From contig JBLDXI010000054.1 in the NCBI GenBank assembly GCA_047495785.1, positions 1,798,001 to 1,862,000 on the forward strand: DNA of 64,000 nucleotides, given 5' to 3'. This DNA is from Lepidodermella squamata (Eukaryota; Animalia; Gastrotricha). The notes under the pieces were generated by a model. That model worked only from the letters and a program-made list of their open reading frames with translations. It had not been told where the DNA came from and did not search any database. Positions 57,644 through 64,000 of the stretch are shown here, in pieces. The position numbers and the translations under genes were made by a program. Each line of letters begins with the position of its first letter. Positions within the stretch are counted from its first letter, which is position 1.

Positions 57644-59560
57644 TGCCAAGAAGTAGACGGCAAGTTGAAACTTGTAGCATCAGCGAGCAAAAGTCTAACT
57701 CAGGCTGAGAGACATTATGCCACCATTAAAAAGGAGGCGTATGCCATCTTCTGGTCTGTAGCTAGAAAATTCAGGCAATATTTGCTGGGTCAAACTTTCG
57801 TGATCCGAACTGATCATCAACCGCTGCTTGCGCTCAGATCCCTTGAAACTCCTAATGCTCAAATGAACCGATGGATGCTGGAGTTGCAAGAATTCGAGTT
57901 TCGACTAGAATATGTCCCAGGAAAGAATCAATATGCTGATGCACTTACGAGATGCTTTCCCTCAGAAGATCAGGAAACCGATTTCATCCATTTGATCTAT
58001 TTGAAGGAATTAAGCTGGAATTTTGACGAGCTTAGTCAGGCTCAATGGACAGATCCTGAAATAGGACCTGTGATTAATTCCAAAAAACAAGGCACTCGAG
58101 AAGTCGGTGAAATTGATAATCCTGAAACTAAGAAGCGAATTGATTGTATCATGCGTAATTTTGATCGCCTTGAACAAGATCCCTCTCGGGGAAATGCCTG
58201 GTGCAAACGTCTACCCACTGGAGAACTTTCACTCCTTGTTCCAAGAGAGTGGCGAAAATACGTCATGTACCAAAGCCATGATGCTCCTTCCGGCGGTCAT
58301 TTTGGTAGCAATAAAACTATCAAACGTGTCAGGGATCATTACTGGTGGCCACTGATGCCATCGGACATTAGGCATTATTGCCAAGGTTGCGACCTCTGTC
58401 AAAGACGTAAAGCCGAAACTCGAGCTCTACGCGGCGGAATGAAATCACTTATGGCATCGAAACCTTTCGAAATGGTTTCCATTGACTTCGTAGGCCCCAT
58501 TAACCCGCCTACCATAAGGGGCAATGCTCACATCCTCACGATTGTTGAACATTTTTGCCACTTCGCCCAAGCAAAACCAATGAAAACAATTACAGCTGAA
58601 GCAACGGCTGATGCCCTTGAGTCCTATTTCTTGCAGTACGGAATACCCGACGTTCTACTTACTGATCGTGGCACCCAATTTGAAAGTGACCTGATTAAAG
58701 ACTTTTGTGAAAAGTGGGGTATTGAAAAAGTCCGAACTACGAGTTATTATCCTCAAGGTGACGGTGTAACGGAAAGGTATAATCGGGTTCTCGCTGACAC
58801 CATTGCAATGATGGCGCGTAAATACCGCAAAAACTGGGACAAAAACCTTGATGTTGTAACATATGCATTTAATGCTACTGCTCACAAAGCCACGGGTGTA
58901 AGTCCTCATGAGATGGTCTTTGGGCGAAAGCTCAAGGATCCACTTTATCTCATGTGCGGTGACAACAAAATTACCCAAACCACCTCTCCATCGGAGTATA
59001 TTGAAGAAAAAATGAAAATCATGTCAAAAATCTGGAAAGAGGCTCAAACAAGGGCCAAGGCTGACTTCGAATCACGGAAAAAGCGCGCTGATGCCAATTT
59101 GAAACCCATTTCCTTTAAGGTGGGTGATTTGGTACGAAAAAAGGTCATTGATCGCGACGGCAAATTCGGTGACCGCTTCGCGGGTCCATTCGAAGTTGTA
59201 GAAGTCTTTCCGGATAACGCTAATATTGTCAGGCTGAAATTCGGCGAATCTAATACGGACACTGTAAATGTCTCAAAAATTGACTTGTGGAAAAATCAGC
59301 CTGAACACCTGATCTTCCATCCTATCGAAGAAGTGACAGAAGAAGGAGAAGAAGCTATCGACTATTCCATCCCGAATATATTGGCTACTGCTGGGCAGAA
59401 GACTGTTCCCCACCAGTATAATACAAGATCGAAAGCCAGAAATACTGATGTAAATCCTGTCATCGAAAATAAGGGCACAAATCTGCTGTCCTCTGCCAAA
59501 GAGAAGTTTTCATCGTTTGTCAACAGCATTTTCAGTGATACAAAAAAAATAAATGAATAA
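57644..59560 (+). CDS. Gypsy pol remnant: RNase H plus integrase
   Basis: ASKSLTQAERHYAT..EAYAI, IRTDHQPL, HHCC (H..GHFG..CQGCDLC), DDE (SIDFVGP, LTDRGTQF, TERYN), GPF motif. The first ~38 codons of the called ORF derive from a flanking repeat. Confidence 0.92.
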   Translation, partial: CQEVDGKLKLVASASKSLTQAERHYATIKKEAYAIFWSVARKFRQYLLGQTFVIRTDHQPLLALRSLETPNAQMNRWMLELQEFEFRLEYVPGKNQYADALTRCFPSEDQETDFIHLIYLKELSWNFDELSQAQWTDPEIGPVINSKKQGTREVGEIDNPETKKRIDCIMRNFDRLEQDPSRGNAWCKRLPTGELSLLVPREWRKYVMYQSHDAPSGGHFGSNKTIKRVRDHYWWPLMPSDIRHYCQGCDLCQRRKAETRALRGGMKSLMASKPFEMVSIDFVGPINPPTIRGNAHILTIVEHFCHFAQAKPMKTITAEATADALESYFLQYGIPDVLLTDRGTQFESDLIKDFCEKWGIEKVRTTSYYPQGDGVTERYNRVLADTIAMMARKYRKNWDKNLDVVTYAFNATAHKATGVSPHEMVFGRKLKDPLYLMCGDNKITQTTSPSEYIEEKMKIMSKIWKEAQTRAKADFESRKKRADANLKPISFKVGDLVRKKVIDRDGKFGDRFAGPFEVVEVFPDNANIVRLKFGESNTDTVNVSKIDLWKNQPEHLIFHPIEEVTEEGEEAIDYSIPNILATAGQKTVPHQYNTRSKARNTDVNPVIENKGTNLLSSAKEKFSSFVNSIFSDTKKINE

Positions 59561-60400
59561 AAATAATAATTGAAGGTCTTCTCTTCATAATGTGAATATA
59601 ATTAGTTTGCCACTTGGCACTTCATAAATTAATCCAATTTTCTTGGAATGAATAAAATTATTCTTAACTTCTCAGTACCTATATAAAATAGTACGAATTT
59701 GCGCAATCCGCCATGAGTGTTGATTAATGGATAGTGTGAATGGAGAAATTGAGCGTTGAAATTTTAAATCTGGTACCGGAAACGTGTCTCTACTCCTGGC
59801 TAGCACCAGAAATCAGGTTGAGCTTTGTATCTGCCGCTTTTTCTAACGCTAGACTATGTTTATGCCATATTTCATTTATGAGCAATAAAAGCATGAAACC
59901 AGGATAGGGAAAAATTGGTTTTGACATCAAGGTCATCAAGCAGTCTTTAAAGTGTTGTCGGTTGGAAAATGATTATGATAAAGGACATTATAAGTTAATC
60001 ATGGGATTCGCAATTCAAATTTTACTGTAAATATCATTTGGCATCATTTTGTTATCTCGGCCTAATTATAATGGAAATTCACTAGCTCATTACAGAACTG
60101 ACTAAAATTTCAGAAATTTCAATTTTTTTAAAAATTGCTAATGATTTCCGGATCGCAATAAGGCATCCGTGCAATGATGGCTATCAATCCTTGTCATCAA
60201 TAATTACGCCACACAGCCAATAATTGGAAAATCCTCTACTTAAACCCTCAAACATTCACAGAATTTCAACCAACCATCCTGCCTTCTCAGTTTCAATCAT
60301 ATTTATCTTCGCTTTCTCAAAGGAATTTCAGTTATTTAATCATGTAAGTGGCCTAAAACAGCCCGTTTTTTTTTACCCTTGACAATTACTTCCCTATAGC

Positions 60401-60976
60401 ATGTCTGATATCGAGATGCACCAACTCAGCGCAGCCCTGCCCGCAACCGAATCCGAAAACGAATTCCTCGTAAAAACAATAGCTCAATCGGCTTTTGCCT
60501 GCGACGGCATCCTCGATGCCAAATTCGACTTTCGACTAACCAGGACCCAGGTTGGCGAAGCTGCTTCCTCCTTGAGTGGCGAACCAGACTGGAAGCTGTT
60601 GTTCATCCCTCTGATTCTTCAGCACGTCACGTCTGCGTCCATCAGGACCCGCCTTGTGAAGGCCATGGCCACCGCCTTCAAGGAAGCCCTTCTGCCTGCT
60701 CCTCCCCTCGCTGTTCCTGCCACTGTTCTGCCCTCTGTCGCCACCGCCTCTGCTGTACCGGATGCCCCTGCTGCTCTTCTTCCCCCCGGCCCTGGCTCTA
60801 CTTCTGGCGCTGGCTACTTTCGTCGCTCTGCCCTGCCTTGCTCGAATTGCGGCAAACTTGGCCATGCTGCCAGCCGCTGTTGGGGGATTCTGGGGCGTCC
60901 AAAGCCACAGCAAGCTGGCGATGACATGGCAAAACACATGAAGAAGATGATTATGATGAAGATGCTTGAAGACTAA
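60401..60976 (+). CDS. Extra retrotransposon ORF with CCHC zinc knuckle (gag/nucleocapsid-like), between pol and the 3' LTR
   Basis: CSNCGKLGHAASRC, Pro/Ala-rich linker, GC-rich relative to flanks. Ends about 80 bp before the PPT. Confidence 0.75.
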   Translation: MSDIEMHQLSAALPATESENEFLVKTIAQSAFACDGILDAKFDFRLTRTQVGEAASSLSGEPDWKLLFIPLILQHVTSASIRTRLVKAMATAFKEALLPAPPLAVPATVLPSVATASAVPDAPAALLPPGPGSTSGAGYFRRSALPCSNCGKLGHAASRCWGILGRPKPQQAGDDMAKHMKKMIMMKMLED

Positions 60977-61070
60977 CTTCGAATTTTTCTCCTGTGATTC
61001 ATCGTGATTTTCTTAATTTGCTTGTTGTCATAAAAAAACGTAAGACGTTTACTTGTAAGGGAGGGGCATA

Positions 61071-61323
61071 TGAGAGGATCGCTATGTACCCTGTCCCAAT
61101 TATTAGTTCAGTAGTCCATTCTTATTATTCTAGCTAGCGCTCGTGACAGTAATATCACGTGACGCACTTCTTTACAACTCATCTAATTTGGCGTCCTCTT
61201 GGCTATATAAGCCCTAAATAATGACAATAAAGTTATCAGTTGATCTGCTTTACTGAACTGCCTTGTATATTATTCAGTCTAATCGCTGTTATTAGTTTCC
61301 CCCGAACCAGGTCAGGGATATCA
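61071..61323 (+). repeat. 3' LTR (right end 61323 or 61331)
   Basis: Starts TG just after the PPT, TATATAA at about 61204, AATAAA at about 61226, ends CA. No 5' LTR in the window to confirm. Confidence 0.7.
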
Positions 61324-61984
61324 ACCCTTCACTTGCAAACGTACAATTGATTGCCGGTCTCAAGGTACTTCCGAATTACAAGCTTATAGAATCCTGAATT
61401 GCTCTTTCCAATTATGTACAACATTTTAATTTCTGATTATTTTCCGCTTGGCTGTAATGGCATTATCGAGTTCATCAGAGCCTTTTTTGTTGAGTTTCGA
61501 GTCCATCTCTATTTGTCCCAAGAACTCTGAATCGCGTCAGTTTAGAGCTTGGATGCAATAGTTTCTGATTTTTTTCAATAAAGTATATCTTCATTTAAAA
61601 TTGTTTATTTCAAAATGAAAAACGCAGATAGCGAAAATGAATTCCAAATACTGCGTAGCAACAAGGTCATGTGCCAATCACATGATTACCATAATCAAAT
61701 TAATTTTCACCGACGAATCGCGAATCCTAAGTCGCATCTTTACTAGTTTCATCACTGTAGTAACACGGGGTATACCTACTGTACTTTCTACACACGCACT
61801 ATATTGTATAAACTGATGTATCGACGTTTATGGAACTAGCCATGAAGATCGATACTGAAAAATTTGCCGTGAAGCATTTTCTCATAGTCTTAAATGATGT
61901 TTGGTGTCGACGTGATTTCAGTTAGGGTAACCGAGCCTATCAGCATTAATATATTTAGAAAACGATCAACCATGCTAAACTTAT

Positions 61985-62060
61985 CCACTACGCTAGGCTA
62001 TTCAACCGGACAGGTTCATCCACGAAAATGCCGGGATCTTGAGTTGCACGATTGCTTAGA
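61985..62060 (+). pseudogene. Second fragment of the FKRP-like gene 3' end
   Basis: Translates as TTLGYSTGQVHPRKCRDLELHDCLD versus TTLGYSTGWVHPPTGRFLKCRDPGFHGCLE. Confidence 0.75.
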
Positions 62061-62806
62061 CCATAGACCAATACTTTTCGGTTGGGGAAATGTGAATGTC
62101 GATGTTTTCACCGACTATGCTGCTCTTGGGCTCTTGGGCTACGACGGCCAATGGCCCGGAGGTCGTCGCGTCAAACTACGATCTTCAACGAACTGCGAGC
62201 CTGTTCCACTCCCAGTACTGTGTCTCCACAAGCCATACCGTGTCTTGCCTTGAACCTCATAATTTCCGCCGTGTTGTGGCAAAAGGGCACCTCTCTCGGA
62301 AATACTTAAAGCTACCCCATGGTCTACTTGATTCTCCCCGCGCCCTTAATACGTCCAAGGACGTCTCTGGAAGAAGTCACCTCGTCGCTGTTTTGCTCAC
62401 ATCATCTTCGAGTTTTCACACATTTTCTTGACGGCCGGCGCGAGCTTCTTGTCAACATTTGAGATAACCTTTCATGAGCACTGTTAATTGCAAAGTAATG
62501 ATATCACCGGTGTAACAACATTTTATTTTCGCGTTATAGTTCCTTGGATAAATGAATGTTACTGTAGAACATGAAAAGATACGTGAATCAGCAGTATTAT
62601 CTGGACTGATTTCATTAGCAAGGTAAACATCAGACAAAGAACAACATTCGATAATATTACAATGCGCATCAGAAAACGGAAAACAGTTTTTAACTGTATT
62701 AGCTGGGATACGATAGAGAAATTAATTGCGGACAATTTTCTTAAGTAAATTCCGTTACCTGAAAAATCATGAAACAACAGAGTTATCCTTAATCAGTTGA
62801 GAAAGC

Positions 62807-63500
62807 TTACTTCTTTTTCTTAGGAACTACCCTGAACTTGACGGTGACACCTTTTGAATTTGCACGACTAGTCCTCAATGCCTCTATCAATGCCTCATGA
62901 TTTTGGATCAAGTTGATTAGGCTACTCGGATAGTTGACTTGAGCGAATGTAGTCGATGTTCCGGGACGCCTTGTGCCATTTACTTGCATTTGAATGTTTA
63001 AATATTCATCTCCCTCACTGTCCGTGAATCTATTATGCAAAACAAACTATTCTGATAACTTCCTAACAATAGAATACGAAAATTCACGTTTTCTGATGAT
63101 CCATTCGAACGCCCGTTGACGTGTCAGTCGGATCTGAGTACTGCATAGTACCTTGACCAGGGAAATTGTACCTTTTTCGCCAGGCTATGTAACACTTTTC
63201 AGCATCGAAAAGCTGTTTTCTGCTGGTTTCGCAAAAGTTTGTGTTATCTGTGAAATAAAACATGATTTCAATTTGCATTTCTTCCCCATTGCTGTTCTTC
63301 AGGGCAGCTTCTTGTCCGTAATTTCGCAGATCATCACGTGTGACGTCGACAAATATTGACTCGCGTGCTTGATTTTTGTTGTTGTCTTCTTTTTCTTGGC
63401 CCTTATTACCGCTTCCGGCTGGTATGCTAGGTAACGCGTTCCACGCTTTTTTCGCAAGGTAATGCAAACCAAAGGCAGCCAACAAGGCAGCACCAGTGAT
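62807..63500 (-). CDS. Hypothetical multi-exon gene of unknown function (boundaries uncertain)
   Basis: Two protein-like minus-strand ORFs (63084-63485 and 62807-63040), each ending at a GT donor-like site (GTGAAT, GTAAGC) and spaced like a short intron. No recognisable motif. Confidence 0.35.
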
Positions 63501-64000
63501 TACTCTTACCTCTAAATCTTGAGCAGAACCAGAACCTTTTTTCGATATACTTATTTATATATAAATAGCTGAATGTCGCTAAAACGTTTAGTAAGATTGC
63601 AGCAAAAATGCTAAGAAAATAAATAAAATTGATTAATTTTAAACGAATGTAGTGGAGAGCCGTAAATAAAATGAAAGAAAGTGGAAATGTTCTTATCTTG
63701 CTCTAACCTCCGCAACGGAACTTGCTTATCCATAATGAGCGCTGATTCCAGCCGCCTATTTCGGCTGGCAGTGAAAAACCAGTCAACCATAATGCGCCGC
63801 CGGCAATAGCATTAGCAAATGCTGTCGTTATCGAACGCAGCACGAATTTGGCTAATTTCCCATGTTTCAGCACAGTACCGATTCCTGCTGCTACGCAGGG
63901 CTGGATTAACGCATATGGGCTTGAAAGGCTGCAGCCCAGGGACCACCAGAAAAAATGGTGACGACTTCGATTTGCTTGAATATTCGCGCAGCCCGATCCT

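Larger units (their letters stand above)
57644..61323 (+). mobile_element. Ty3/Gypsy LTR retrotransposon, 5'-truncated
   Basis: RNase H then integrase order, polypurine tract AAGGGAGGGG at about 61057-61066, 3' LTR from TG at 61071. Confidence 0.9.

Noticed and set aside
63896-64000. Left end of another hAT-like MITE (CAGGGCTGGATT)
   Set aside because: The partner TIR and TSD are not visible before the window ends.

Overview
Eukaryotic (metazoan) genomic DNA with very short GT-AG introns (about 50-56 nt), dense in transposons and dominated by a receptor-rich, birth-and-death gene cluster. It holds seven divergent pentameric ligand-gated ion channel (pLGIC) genes. Six are short-loop, cation-type Cys-loop paralogs at 4.8-21.7 kb that lack the nicotinic vicinal cysteines: three look intact, two are split by mobile elements and one is frameshifted. 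The seventh is an unusual chimera at 33.1-35.3 kb: signal peptide, LamG/pentraxin-like domain, Thr/Ser mucin stalk, then a Cys-less pLGIC. Other genes are three intronless GABA-B-like class C GPCRs (one a pseudogene) duplicated with small secreted-protein genes, two divergent class A GPCRs, a TIR/NB-ARC/ankyrin NLR-like gene, an FKRP/LicD-like and a STELLO/DUF288-like glycosylation gene. Mobile elements include a degenerate MULE, an apparently complete P-superfamily transposon, a Penelope GIY-YIG remnant with a minimal hammerhead ribozyme, a 5'-truncated Gypsy element with an extra zinc-knuckle ORF after pol, many MITEs/foldbacks, and two long palindromes with periodic TC/GA bubbles. The best candidate for a new system is the divergent pLGIC array plus the lectin-stalk pLGIC chimera, acting as a contact-chemosensory repertoire (inference). 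All calls come from motif reading only; no searches were run and the species cannot be identified from this window.
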